A DNA stretch of 64,000 nucleotides from Camelus dromedarius (lineage: Eukaryota). Positions 52,305 through 64,000 of this stretch are shown here, one piece after another (within the stretch, counting starts at the first letter, position 1; every line of letters begins with the position of its first letter). The stretch spans positions 29,202,001 to 29,266,000 of the forward strand of contig NC_087440.1 in assembly GCF_036321535.1 (NCBI RefSeq). Reading direction: 5' to 3'. The position numbers and the translations under genes were made by a program. Under the pieces are notes generated by a model, which was not told the DNA's origin, made no database searches, and saw only the letters and a program-made list of their open reading frames with translations.

Positions 52305-53500
52305 TGATGTTACATCCTTTTACACCATATATATAAAAATTAACTCAAAATGAATTAAATTCGTAAGTGTAAGAAGTGACACTACAAAACTTGTAGAAGG
52401 AAACAGGAAAAAACTTTCAAGATGCTGATTTTGGCATTTATTGGTCAGATATGACACCAAAAGCACAGGCAGCAAATGCAAAAATAAGACAAAGGGGACT
52501 ACATCAATGTTAAAAACTTCTGTGTAGCAAAGGAAACAATCAACAGAGTGAAAACGCAACCTACAGAATGAAAGAAAATATTTGCAAATCATATATTTTA
52601 TAAGGAGTTAACATCAGAATATAGTAAAAGAAAAACTCTTGCAACTTAAAATACAAAACCAAATAACCCAGTGAAAAATGGGTTAAGGACTTAAATAGAT
52701 ATTTATTCAAAGACAATATAGAAATAGCCAGCAAGCATGTGAAAAAATGTTCAGCATTACAAATCATCAGAGAAATGCAAATCGAAATCACAATGAGATG
52801 TTACCGTATACCTCTTAGGATGGCCTCTGTCAAAACAAAATCCAGAAAACAACAAGCACTGGTGAGGATGTGAAGAACTGGAGAAATTGGAGCCCTTTGC
52901 ACTGTTAATGAGAACATAAAATGGTGGTGCAGCTGTTCTGGAAAACAGTATGGAGTTGCCTCAAGAATTTAAAAAATTGAATTACCATATGATACAAGTA
53001 GTTGACTTCTGAGTATATAAACANNNNNNNNNNNNNNNNNNNNNNNNNNNNNNNNNNNNNNNNNNNNNNNNNNNNNNNNNNNNNNNNNNNNNNNNNNNNN
53101 NNNNNNNNNNNNNNNNNNNNNNNNNNNNNNNNNNNNNNNNNNNNNNNNNNNNNNNNNNNNNNNNNNNNNNNNNNNNNNNNNNNNNNNNNNNNNNNNNNNN
53201 NNNNNNNNNNGAATTTTGAGAAGATTATTCTAAGTGAAATAAACCAGTCACAACAAGATAAATACTACACGATCCACTTATATATGGTATCTAAAGTAGT
53301 CAAACCCTTAGCAACAGAAAGTAGACTGGTAGTTGCCAAGGACTAGGGGGAAGTGAAAAGAGCACTTGTACAGTGAGTACAGAGGTTCAGTTTTGCAAGA
53401 TGAAAAAGTTCTAGAGATCTGTTGCACAACAAAATACATATAGTTAACCCTATTGTACACTTAAAAATTATTAAGATATTATTCTTTACCACATTAAAAA
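52305..53500 (+). mobile_element. L1 (L1MA/MB-like) ORF2 C-terminus and 3' UTR, with N-run 53024-53210
   Basis: ACACCATATATAAAAATTAACTCAAAATG...GGACTACATCAA...GAAATGCAAATCGAAATCACAATGAG...TTGTACACTTAAAAAT. Confidence 0.9.
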
Positions 53501-54902
53501 AGAGTGAACTAGAGCAGCATGTATTTAAACAGATAAATCTTTAAAACATTAAATTGAGTGAAAAATAAATTTTAGAATAGTAGCATTTATATAGATTTCA
53601 TTTATATCACATTAAAGCTGTGCAAAATGCATTATGCACAATATGTGAAAAATGAGAAAAATAATTTAAAAATATACAAAGGAATAATATGTAGTTGAAG
53701 ATAGTGATTGTCTTTGGTATGATAAAATAACTGAATGTGGAGGGTTGCTTAGGGGTCTTTACTGTTTCTAAAAATCTGCTTTTTTAGTAAAAGGGATGGA
53801 AATGACAATAAATGTTAAACATTTTCAAAACTAAATGTTATGTCAGTGTCTACATTAAACTCTGATTGAAATAGTTCATCAGAAAGACAGATATGTTCAG
53901 TGATCCCCAGGGACCCAGTGTCTATCCTCCTTAGAGCATTTTTAAAAATAAAAATTCAGTCTAAAATACGTCACACACATATGGCTAGGAATGTATTTTT
54001 AAATCACCCTTTAGCCTATAGTTAGTATATTACACATACTGTTCAAAAGGCAATGAAAAAAATATTGGGTAGAAGCCTAAAAAAGGATCACTGAGTGTTT
54101 AGGGAAAAGCAGAACATTTGAATTTGATACCAGAGAGGTCATAGAATGTCTTTTTATTCTAACGCCCACGGATCATAGACCAAACTTTATAACTTAGCAC
54201 ACATTATGCAACATAAGTAGATTGAATACTTTGTGTTTTGTTGTAAAGTGAATGACTGAATATATAGGGGCTTCTTCATTTATTCCTTGTTCCACATGGA
54301 TTGACACAATATTAATGTTCTTACTTGATTCTTGATATATGAGAACACCTACAAGTACAAGCATGAATGATGGAGTAAGGTAAAATGAGCTGTGTGTAAC
54401 TTATGTCAGGTGGAATTTCTGTTTTCCTAAGACAGAAAGAAATACGTACTTCTGGCCAGCAGATGACAGTTGCTATTTGAATCTATCTACTCATAAAAGC
54501 TAGCTTGTTTGCCTTGTTTAAAAAGTAATAATTCTTAGGACCCACAAAAATGTAAGTTTGTGTGTGTGTATGCTTGTGAGTTTAGTTAATGCTGTTTTTT
54601 GCACAGTCGACTAAAGAATTTAGCTGAAAGAGCCTTAATTCTGATTTAAGAATGGACAAATTCATATTCTATTTCTCTTTATTTAATGAGATTTAGTCTT
54701 AGATATTTCTGGGTTTCCAACAATAGTTAGTGAACCACTTTTACCAAATATCATAGAGGTGTAATGAGGGAGCAGTTGGTAATTTTAATATATATTATAA
54801 ATATTCTTTAAAATCTACAAACAAAAATTAATAGCAACTTGTTCTGAGATGTTATATATATATGGGTTTTGCTTTAAAAAACTTCATCATCATGATTGTT
54901 GC

Positions 54903-55844
54903 CTAGAAGGTCTGTCTGGAGCTGACGTGTTGGGTCCTCAGTCTACTCATGGCTGCTTTCATCTCCTGATTCCTCAGAGTGTAGATAATGGGGTTCAGTA
55001 AGGGTGTGATAACTGAATAAAACACAGAAAGAAATTTATCCACTGAAAAGCTACTAAACGGCCAAGCATAAATGAAAATGCACGGCCCAAAGAATAGAGT
55101 GACCACGGTAATATGAGCAGACAATGTGGACAGAGCCTTGGAGAGGCCACCTGAGGATCGACGTTGGACAGTTACCAGAATGACAATGTAGGAAATGAGC
55201 AACAATATGAAGCAGATGAAAGACAACAGTCCACTGTCAGCGATTACTAGCAACTCCAGAACATAGGTCTCAGTGCAGGCAAGCTTTAGAACTAAAGGAA
55301 GGTCACAAAAAATACTGTCCACTACATTGGGGCCACAGAAAGGCAAAGTGATTGTAAAAACCATCTGGCTCATCGTATGCACAAAACCAATAGCCCAAGA
55401 CAACAGCACAGAGCCTGTGAGTACCCGGCGGTTCATGATGGTCGTGTAGTGAAGAGGTTTGCATATTGCAATGTACCGATCAACAGCCATAACTATGAGA
55501 AGAGTCATCTCACTGCCCCCTAAAAAGTGAAGGAAGAACATCTGAGCCATACAGCCCCACAGAGAAATAATTTTATTCTCCCTGAGAAAATCTGTGACCA
55601 TCTTAGGGGTTGTGATGGTAGAAATAGACATATCAAGAAAGGAGAGATTACCAAGGAGGAAGTACATTGGTGTGGAGTGCAGATGGGAGTCAAAGGTTAT
55701 GGTGACCACAATGAGAAGGTTTCCTGCCATAATTGCTGCATATGCCAACAAAAATATGAAAAAAAAGATAATTTCAAGCTCCCGAGTGTTGGTGAGTCCT
55801 AACAAAACAAACTCAGATATCTTTGAGCTATTCACCATTTTCAT
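54903..55844 (-). CDS. OR#5: olfactory receptor family 4 (OR4L/OR4K13-like), 313 aa, intact
   Basis: NSS sequon, [53 protein letters not shown]. Acceptor CCTTTTCCAG ends at 55891. Confidence 0.96.
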   Translation of the reverse strand: MKMVNSSKISEFVLLGLTNTRELEIIFFFIFLLAYAAIMAGNLLIVVTITFDSHLHSTPMYFLLGNLSFLDMSISTITTPKMVTDFLRENKIISLWGCMAQMFFLHFLGGSEMTLLIVMAVDRYIAICKPLHYTTIMNRRVLTGSVLLSWAIGFVHTMSQMVFTITLPFCGPNVVDSIFCDLPLVLKLACTETYVLELLVIADSGLLSFICFILLLISYIVILVTVQRRSSGGLSKALSTLSAHITVVTLFFGPCIFIYAWPFSSFSVDKFLSVFYSVITPLLNPIIYTLRNQEMKAAMSRLRTQHVSSRQTF

Positions 55845-57878
55845 CTAGTCTATGTAGGAGTTTTCAGAAATTCTTTAAAATGAAGATAATCTGGAAAAGG
55901 TGACAATGTAGTCTGTAGTAGTTTTGAAGATATGGTCATATAGAAAGTAGTACTTGATTCCTATAGAAAGAGAGATGGACATTTTTGAAAAATAGATTTA
56001 ATTGATTAATGCAAGCACATTACTTGTATACACATTCATATTATTGCATTTATTTTCAGACAGAAAGGCACAAAAGACGGAAAATTTATTGTATAATTTT
56101 GTAAATCTAGTTTGCAGCCATCGATTTTGTCTCCAGATTCATTTGTTTCTATCAGGAGTTCATGAATTCATGAACCATGAGTTCAGTGGGTCAATGACTA
56201 AAAGAGTCAAATGGCTATCAGTCATGAGTTGGTTCAAGTGGATAGGAATATATCGTGTAACTTTTTGGTGCCTAGGATTCAATCTTTAACCTTTTCTACT
56301 TCCCTAATTTGAAATATTCAGATAAGTTCATATGAATTGAATTACATACCCACTCAGCAAATTACTTTAGGGTACTGTCTTCTATTAGCTATATTATATT
56401 CTCACTCCTCCCTTTCATCCCAAAGAAATATACCAATGATTTCACTTATTCCTGAAGTTTAAGCTGCCTACAGTCTGTCATATGCTCTTACCTCCCCAAA
56501 ATTATAGTAAAATAAGCTTCCTAAGAAGTTACTGAACAAAAACATAAATATTTCTCAGTGTCCAGGTTTTTTTCTTCCTTTCTCCCTTTCTTCTCCTTCC
56601 TTTCCTCCCTTTTTCCNNNNNNNNNNNNNNNNNNNNNNNNNNNNNNNNNNNNNNNNNNNNNNNNNNNNNNNNNNNNNNNNNNNNNNNNNNNNNNNNNNNN
56701 NNNNNNNNNNNNNNNNNNNNNNNNNNNNNNNNNNNNNNNNNNNNNNNNNNATTTCTTAAAAATTTTTTTTCAATAGTGTTCTGTGTTCCATTCTTTGGTT
56801 CCTGAATAAAACTACTGACCTCTACTTTTTTGCCTATTTTCCTGAATCAGTTGTTGCTGGAATCCTGGCTGGAGTTTTCTTTCTTGCCCCTTTGCATTCA
56901 GGGTGTAGATGCTCTCTGATCAACCACCAAATCTTTTACAAGTAGTGTTTATGTTTCCTTGGCTCCTGAGTACTTACATTTTTTTGGTAAGCTTTGCTTT
57001 CCTCTAACTTTTCATACTTGTGTGCAGACTGACTCTTGACAGTTATCCTGGCTCATACATCCTTGATACCTGCACTCTATGTTTTTCCACGTTGAGCTGG
57101 CACTGTTGGCTCACTTTTAGCTACTTTTTCATTATGATTTAGATCTTTTGGTCTCAGCTTTCTGTTTCTTTTTCCTTAAAAAAACAAAACAAACTATTAA
57201 TGGTACACATCAGCCACAAAGACACACATATAGAATCACACACGTGCACACAGGCACTTATACCACATTCTAGTTCTGGAGTACCAGGATGGAATGTAGA
57301 GAATCTCGTCTGATTTTTTTTTTTTTTTGCTTTATAGTTCATGAAATATTCAGAAGTTATTGTTTAGCCCAATTATCAGAATTAAAAAAACAAACAAACA
57401 AACAACTGAACCAAGAATCAAGATTCAACTAGTCCTGGCCTCATCATTTACTAGGGAAATATACTCTTAACTCTTTTCAACATTGATTTATTTTCTATAA
57501 AAATAAAATAATAGCTACTCTTCAACCTCCCAGATTGTTATAACTATAAAGGGTAACATATATGGAATATATTTGTATATTTCATTGTACACATAGATGC
57601 TATGTATGTATGTGCATTAACAAAATTTTATCTTTAACATGATCTCATTTTCTGGTGATTATAAGGATACCTAAACCAAAAAGGACCACTTAAGCCTTTA
57701 CTATGGAAAACCTGGTAAAGAAGACAGTGTTAATGAAAATATTATTTTTAGTCAATATGATATAATTTCCTAGTTGTCTTCTTTATAAGAAATTATTGTC
57801 ATCACATTGGCGTTGTATTTCATGTAGTAATTGAGTCTACATACAAGTTATGAAATTATTTTCAAAATTATGCAGTCC

Positions 57879-58388
57879 TCAATCTCAAAATACTAACTAG
57901 AAAAAATCCTGAGGAGAATCATAAAAGTAATTTTTACTGTTTGTTGTATAAAATTGGAAAATTAAAATCAAATAATATTTATTGATTTAGGGTTTTTTGA
58001 AAATTTACAAGCATATTTATAAAATATATCCAGCTAAATGTACGTATAGAAGGAATCAAATCTGATATGGTAGATGAAATCATTCATTATGACAATTTGT
58101 AAATATGATCAAATATGAAATATCTTTAAAAATCTATATTTCTACTCAGACACAGGTAAAACTAAGTTAGAGTTAGAAAAAGAAAACGGTCCTTTCTAAC
58201 ATAAAGCTCACATGGAAAATTTAAATGTTTGAGTGGCATTTATTATGCAAATAACATTGAACTGAAAAGAAATGAAAGACAATTGAGTAAAACTGGATCA
58301 GACAAGGTTTGGCTTCTCTAGCAGGAGCTTGAGAATGCGATGGGTGGCCTGTGATTGGGGAACCTAGCCTTTTCTGTGCCGTTCGTGT
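57879..58388 (+). repeat. Donor copy of the 506-bp segment duplicated at 45848-46353
   Basis: Embedded in continuous non-L1 sequence on both sides, so this is the likely source. Confidence 0.95.
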
Positions 58389-59536
58389 GACTAAATGAAG
58401 AAAACTTATTCAGTCCTTTTCAACTGTGGTGCTTGCTTGAAAGAAAAAAGCTTTAGAATGTTCAAAACTGTGTCTATATTCAGTAGTAAACTCTTTTCTA
58501 TACATTTTCACAAAAGCACTTTAACAGTGTATGTGAAAATATGTATCTGGTAGTTCTTTTGAAAAAAATATAGGCTATGAAGTTTCTATTGATATTGAGG
58601 TTTTTTTTTAAATAATTTTTTTCTCATAAGAGTGTTAAGCTATTCATGGATTAGATAACCCATGGGCAATATTCTCTTATCACAAAAAATATTTGGAACG
58701 TGAAAAATCAGACTTGCTGCCAAAATAACCATTATAAATATTTTCCTAATTGAAAAATAAACTTGTATATTTGCTAGAAAAATATTCAACACTATAAGTG
58801 CACAAAGGATTTTATTCTTGTATATTGATTAACTTTAAAATATTAAAATAAGTGGTAGAAAAGGGCTAGTGGCTTTAGAAAAATAGGAAATTATCCTTGG
58901 GTTGCACAATTACCAAAACAAGTATGTCAGCAGTATGATTAGACAACTGTATTGAATAAAAGGTCGTATCACTTCAATGAAGAAAATAAATGTAGGCTGG
59001 AGGGGAAAATTAAAAATATATATATTAATTTAAATTGATCACTTATCTCAGCATTCCATGTTTTCTGAGTTGAAATAAATACTCAATGTATGAAAGTAAA
59101 AACATAGATAAGTAAATTAACATAAAATAAAACAAGTCAATGTTTTCCATTTTCTTTATCTGAGATTTTTATTAGATTACATTTCAGACTTCTCACAGAT
59201 GCTAAATGTAGCCAAGGATGACACTAATTTTTCCATTTTTATACCATATTCTAAATTATTTCATTTTTCTCTCATAGGGATTAAATGAACCCAAGTTTAT
59301 ATTCTAAAAATACAAATTAAAATTACAAAACTGACCTCTCAGATCAGGAATGTCAGTGATATTTATTTATCAATCACAGACTGGCTCTTCTTCTTACTTA
59401 AACTAGATACATTTGTCCAGATGGTATCTGACTCACATTGTCTTGTACTGTTGCTCTCATGATCAGAATAGTATGGTTATCATTCATTTCTAAGTTTCTT
59501 ATAGAGTCTCTTCTTTTATTAAAGGATACAATTTCT

Positions 59537-59594
59537 TTTTTTTTAACTTTTTTTTTATTGATTTATAATCCTTTTACAATATTGTGTCAAATTT
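59537..59594 (-). mobile_element. 58-bp extremely 5'-truncated L1 with 15-bp TSD
   Basis: Poly-T plus TTATTGATTTATAATC...TACAATATTGTGTCAAATTT. TSD AAGGATACA(A/G)TTTCT at 59522-59536 and 59595-59609. Confidence 0.88.
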
Positions 59595-60207
59595 AAGGAT
59601 ACAGTTTCTATATGTCATTAGCACTGCTATTTAAACCTACCAGTTCTAGCTGTGGAGTGGCCTCTTCAAAGACATGTAGACGTAGTGAGATTCTAAATAT
59701 ATATTGTTTACCTTTTTTATCTCCATGTCATACATAACAGTCATTTGCAGATCAGGGGAAAAAGGGACAAGAAACATAGAGAAGATGCAGAGTGGTGATT
59801 AACCCCCAGAGGGAATTATTAAAATAAACATGCTACTTAGTTGCCCACAGAGTTCAGAGCAAGGACTTATTCTCTCATTATTTAAGTGGATTGTGAATTC
59901 ACCACATGTATCAACCATGTGGACTTTCTCTAATAAGTGCTTTCCAGAGAAATCACTAACTCAAATGTTTTGGTTGGTAGAAAGTGAGCCCATTTGTAGA
60001 AAATGGATCTATCATAGATGATGGGCTTGAGAAAATTATAATTCTGTGAATTTGATTTCATCAATCTGAATAGTTATAATCTGATAACTGAATCATTTAT
60101 TCAATTAAAATTAAACGATGTCCACACAGAGCATGGCATATGAGGAAATTCATACACTATAGACCAGTTTTTAACATAGAGAAAAATCTCCTTTTATTAT
60201 AGAAGAG

Positions 60208-60232
60208 GAGAGAGAGAGAGAGAGAGAGAGAG
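60208..60232. repeat. (GA)12 microsatellite
   Basis: Uninterrupted GA run. Confidence 0.95.
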
Positions 60233-61309
60233 CGCACACAGGCTCATGATCTAGAACAATCAGGGGAGGCTTTCACCATGGTGATCAATAAATGCTTATG
60301 GGTAATCAACACGTGATTAGTTAGTGGCGTTTAGCAGTCAACCATTCTAAAGATTTAGAATTTCATGTAGTCCTTTACAATTATGTTTAACTTCATGATG
60401 GCTCAACAGTATTAAAGGAAAATCATGGAAGCGAGTATAGTAAAATTTTTATGGCAAAACAATGTAATTAAGCAAGTAAAATTCTAAAGGCTGAGTAGCA
60501 ATACATGATTGCAGATGAGTTCGCCTGCTTGAGGAAATTTTCTGTATTTATTCTTATGGTTCCTTAATTATAATCCTCTTGAAAAGATTACAAGGAAGTG
60601 AGGGTTGTAAGTATATGTTAAATGTAGTGCCACAGCCATTTCCAAAGCACATAGCAGACATTGCTAATATATTACTCACTCTTTCTCACTGAGCCTCAGA
60701 ATTTTTTTCGATTTAATTCCCCAGGCAGCCACTAGCAATTAGAATTACCATGAAAACAAAATTTAAAAAATATTTCTGCTAAGGAGATGTATGCCACAAT
60801 TTAGTGCGGCATTTGAGGGGATATTTGCAAGACAGGAAAGGATTTTTAAAAATAGAAGTTAGAAATAATAATTTGAGCACAATATTGATGTCCAGACTAG
60901 ATTAACCATACCAGTTGGTACACATAGAATTTTTTAGAATAAGTCTGAAATGTTAAGAGCACACTGTCTAAGGCCAAACTAAAGTAGGGTAAAAAAAGAG
61001 AAAGGGATAAGGAAGGAAAATAAGTAAGTTTGATATTCCAGGTACATTGTTTTGTAAAATAAAGGATATCAAAGAGATGGTACCCCAGATGTTTGCATAA
61101 ATCAGATTTTGTCTCCATCTTTGGAAGGCCTCTTTGCAACGTTTCCTTAAACTCGCTGTTTGGATCGTTTAATAAATAAGGCTTACAACCTGAAAGCAGC
61201 CTACTAACTGTTTTCTCCACTTTCACTTTTGTTACCATTTATTTGCCACTTAAGAGGACAGATCTTCATCAGACTTTAAAAGTATGTTGAATCTATTCCC
61301 TCCTGTTCT

Positions 61310-61730
61310 CAAAACAGTTTAATGGCTTTATATTGCCAAAATAAAGGATCCACGAGGTCTGACTATTCTGGTCTTTTCCTTTCTATAAAATCTCGGCATA
61401 GTTCTTTCTTTTTTTAAAACATCAACTTCTCTCAAAAAGGTCTGCCTTCAGTACCTACCAGGTCTTTCTCACTTCACAATATCTCTAAATACTGGCCCTT
61501 CTGCCTGGAATGCTCTTTTCCCCACTCAGATTCTTCAGTTTTCTTTTTGTGTTGGTTTAAACATCTCTTCTTTAAAGTGGTCTTCTGATACCACCACATC
61601 TAACACAGATGCTTCTTCTTATTCTCTCCAGGGCAGAGAACATGCCTGTGAAGTTAACCATGTATCTGTATTGCTTGGGACAGTATTTTGTACCTAGTAG
61701 ATATTTTTAAAATGTTTCATAAATGACAGA
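61310..61730 (+). mobile_element. L2 3' end
   Basis: CCCTTCTGCCTGGAATGCTCTTTTCCCC...TACCTAGTAGATATTTTTAAAATGTTTCATAAATGA. Confidence 0.65.
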
Positions 61731-62464
61731 ATTCAGTTAAAAGAACATTGAGTATCCATGCTACCTATGGTAACAAGATACAATATGCAGTTAATAGTTT
61801 TAATCTTTAATATTTCAATTTTATTGATTCTTAAAAATTATTTGGGTATGCAACTTTATGTTTGGCATGTTTATTTCTAGGCATATTTTGAAATTCTATT
61901 AAGAATAATTAGCCTATTGAGATCATACAATGGAACAATATTCTTCAAATTCTTATTCAAATCACAACTCCTCTGTGAAGACTCGGTATGCTTGACATAC
62001 ATTGGTAGATATTTTTAATACCAATTAAGTTACTACATATAACTTTAGAAATGAAAATTTATACTAAATACCATATAATGTGTCATCTTACCAAAGTTTC
62101 ATATTTTCACAGATTGAGTTACTGAAATACAAAATTTTTATAAGAAGACATACTTATGTATATTACATTATGTTTCTTCTTCTTAAATGCTTATGTATTT
62201 TAAACATTCATCAGAGATTCCCTTAATTCTAAGGTAAGGAGATAAACAGTTAATGAATGCATGCTTACGTATGTATTACATTTGTGGTATGAACACTTCC
62301 CATTAGTGTTTTAAATAAAAATTATCTTCATAATTCCACATATTTGGAAGGAAGAAAACTGATATTATTTAACACATCCATTTCAAATATTTGGATAAAT
62401 ATTTTAAGACTCAAGACCACCAAATAGCAGAGAATGCAAAACAATCATTTGTTACAGACATAAT

Positions 62465-63406
62465 TTAGTGGGTGAGCCAAGAAACCATATGCTGCCTGCT
62501 CAGTCTCTTCATAGCTGCCTTCATTTCCTGATTCCTCAGTGTATAAATAATTGGATTAAGGAAAGGGGTGATTATAGAGTAAAATATGGAAAAAAACTTA
62601 TCTACAGAATAGCTATTAAACGGGAAAGCATAGATGAAGATAGCAGGACCAAAGAAGAGAGTGACCACAGTGATGTGAGCAGATAGTGTGGACAGAGCCT
62701 TGGAGGATGCGCTGAAGGAGTGTTGCCGGATGGTGACCAGCATGAGAATGTAGGACATGAGCAAGAGGAGGAAGCAGCCCAGGGACAGGAGTCCACTGTT
62801 CATAGCCACCAAGAGCTGTAGGGTGTAGGTCTCAGTGCAGGCCAGCTTGATGACCAGGGGAAGGTCACAGAAGAAGCTGTCCATGACATTGGGGCCGCAG
62901 AAGGGCAAACCCACTGTGAAAACCATCTGGCTCGTGGTATGCATGAGCCCAACTGCCCACGAGAGCAGCAGTAACCCAGTGAGCACCTTGTGACTCATGA
63001 TGGTCTTGTAGTGCAGAGGTCTGCATATGGCAGCATACCTGTCGATGGCCATAACTATCAGAAGAGACATCTCTCCACCTCCAAAGAAGTGCATAAAAAA
63101 CATCTGAGTCATGCAGCCCCACCAAGAGATGGTCTTGCGTTTTCTGAGGAAGTCTGAAATCACTTTTGGAGTTGCAGCAGAGGAAAGACATAAGTCAAAA
63201 AATGATAAGTTTGCCAAAAAGAAATACATGGGGGAGTGAAGATGGTTATCAAATATCACAGAGATCACAATGAGGAGGTTTCCTACTATGATGGCCACGT
63301 AGATGAGAAAGAAGATTGCAAAAAAGAGTATTTGAATTTCTTGAGAACTGGAAAGTCCCAGCAGGATGAACTCAGAAACACTTGATGTGTTATTCAGGAG
63401 ATCCAT
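62465..63406 (-). CDS. OR#6: olfactory receptor family 4 (OR4K13/OR4L-like), 313 aa, intact
   Basis: NNTS sequon, [54 protein letters not shown]. Acceptor TTTTTCCCCTTTCAG ends at 63440. Confidence 0.96.
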   Translation of the reverse strand: MDLLNNTSSVSEFILLGLSSSQEIQILFFAIFFLIYVAIIVGNLLIVISVIFDNHLHSPMYFFLANLSFFDLCLSSAATPKVISDFLRKRKTISWWGCMTQMFFMHFFGGGEMSLLIVMAIDRYAAICRPLHYKTIMSHKVLTGLLLLSWAVGLMHTTSQMVFTVGLPFCGPNVMDSFFCDLPLVIKLACTETYTLQLLVAMNSGLLSLGCFLLLLMSYILMLVTIRQHSFSASSKALSTLSAHITVVTLFFGPAIFIYAFPFNSYSVDKFFSIFYSIITPFLNPIIYTLRNQEMKAAMKRLSRQHMVSWLTH

Positions 63407-64000
63407 TCATCCTTTTGCATGAGTCCTGTCAGAAGTTGTCTGAAAGGGGAAAACACATCGGCTATGACAGGTCAGGGAACTTAGTCTTTATTTAAGCATC
63501 CTCTTTCTTACTAGGGCAACAACCATTTTGTCAATAGGACTGCTTTGTAGGTGTTTTTCAGTTGGAGATATTTCACAGACCACAGGACCGTAAAGGTGTA
63601 ATGGGTCTGGATCCAACTAAATCAAATTAGTCTCTTGGTTAGTACAGGGCAAGCTCAGTTAGACACTTGAGAAAACTCATCTCCCTTCATGTTCAGTTCT
63701 GGATCACACTGTGCTTGAATAGTTAGTTTAGGAGAGTGATCGAGTTTTCAAAAGCATCAGGTTTTTATCTTTTGTGGATGCGTCTCAGGAACTTCATTTA
63801 CTGACACATTTTTGTGACATGCCCAGTATGCAATGAAAAGTTTGCCATATTAAAAAGAATTGCTGAAATCACACGATGTCCATTATGCGTCCTGAAGTGA
63901 CCTAAGTAGAGATTCTGATTATGACCATCTTGTTTATAGAAAGTTGGATGTTGAGACAGCCACATAGTTTACTGAGAGTAAACCCAAGCACTGAGGTTTG

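Larger units (their letters stand above)
12968..56750. other. Seven N-runs: 12968-13099, 30889-31067, 45324-45479, 47108-47237, 47420-47561, 53024-53210, 56617-56750
   Basis: Directly visible; 130-187 nt each. Six lie inside L1s and one follows a CT-rich tract. Confidence 0.98.

Overview
This is AT-rich, repeat-dense mammalian DNA containing part of a class II family-4 olfactory receptor (OR4) cluster. A tRNA-Ala-derived SINE and the style of the young L1 3' ends suggest a camelid, which is inference. There are six single-exon OR reading frames: 4928-5863(-), 14427-15338(-), 26462-27397(+), 39157-40077(-), 54903-55844(-) and 62465-63406(-). They are separated by L1, L2, MIR, MaLR and ERVL relics and seven N-runs. 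I see no evidence of a wholly new biological system, and almost all short ORFs in the track are repeat-derived or chance. The observations worth following up concern local architecture. (1) A 506-bp, ~99%-identical copy of unique DNA from upstream of OR#5 sits inside an L1 ORF2 12 kb away, with a small target deletion and no TSD. (2) Four paralogous upstream modules carry an aligned splice donor and O/E-like site; one has no coding exon, implying a deleted OR. (3) OR#4 has an open frame but lesions in several conserved motifs. (4) OR#6 has a sharply bounded GC3-rich patch. Repeat boundaries and family names were judged by eye and are approximate; OR subfamily calls are from recalled similarity, not a search.
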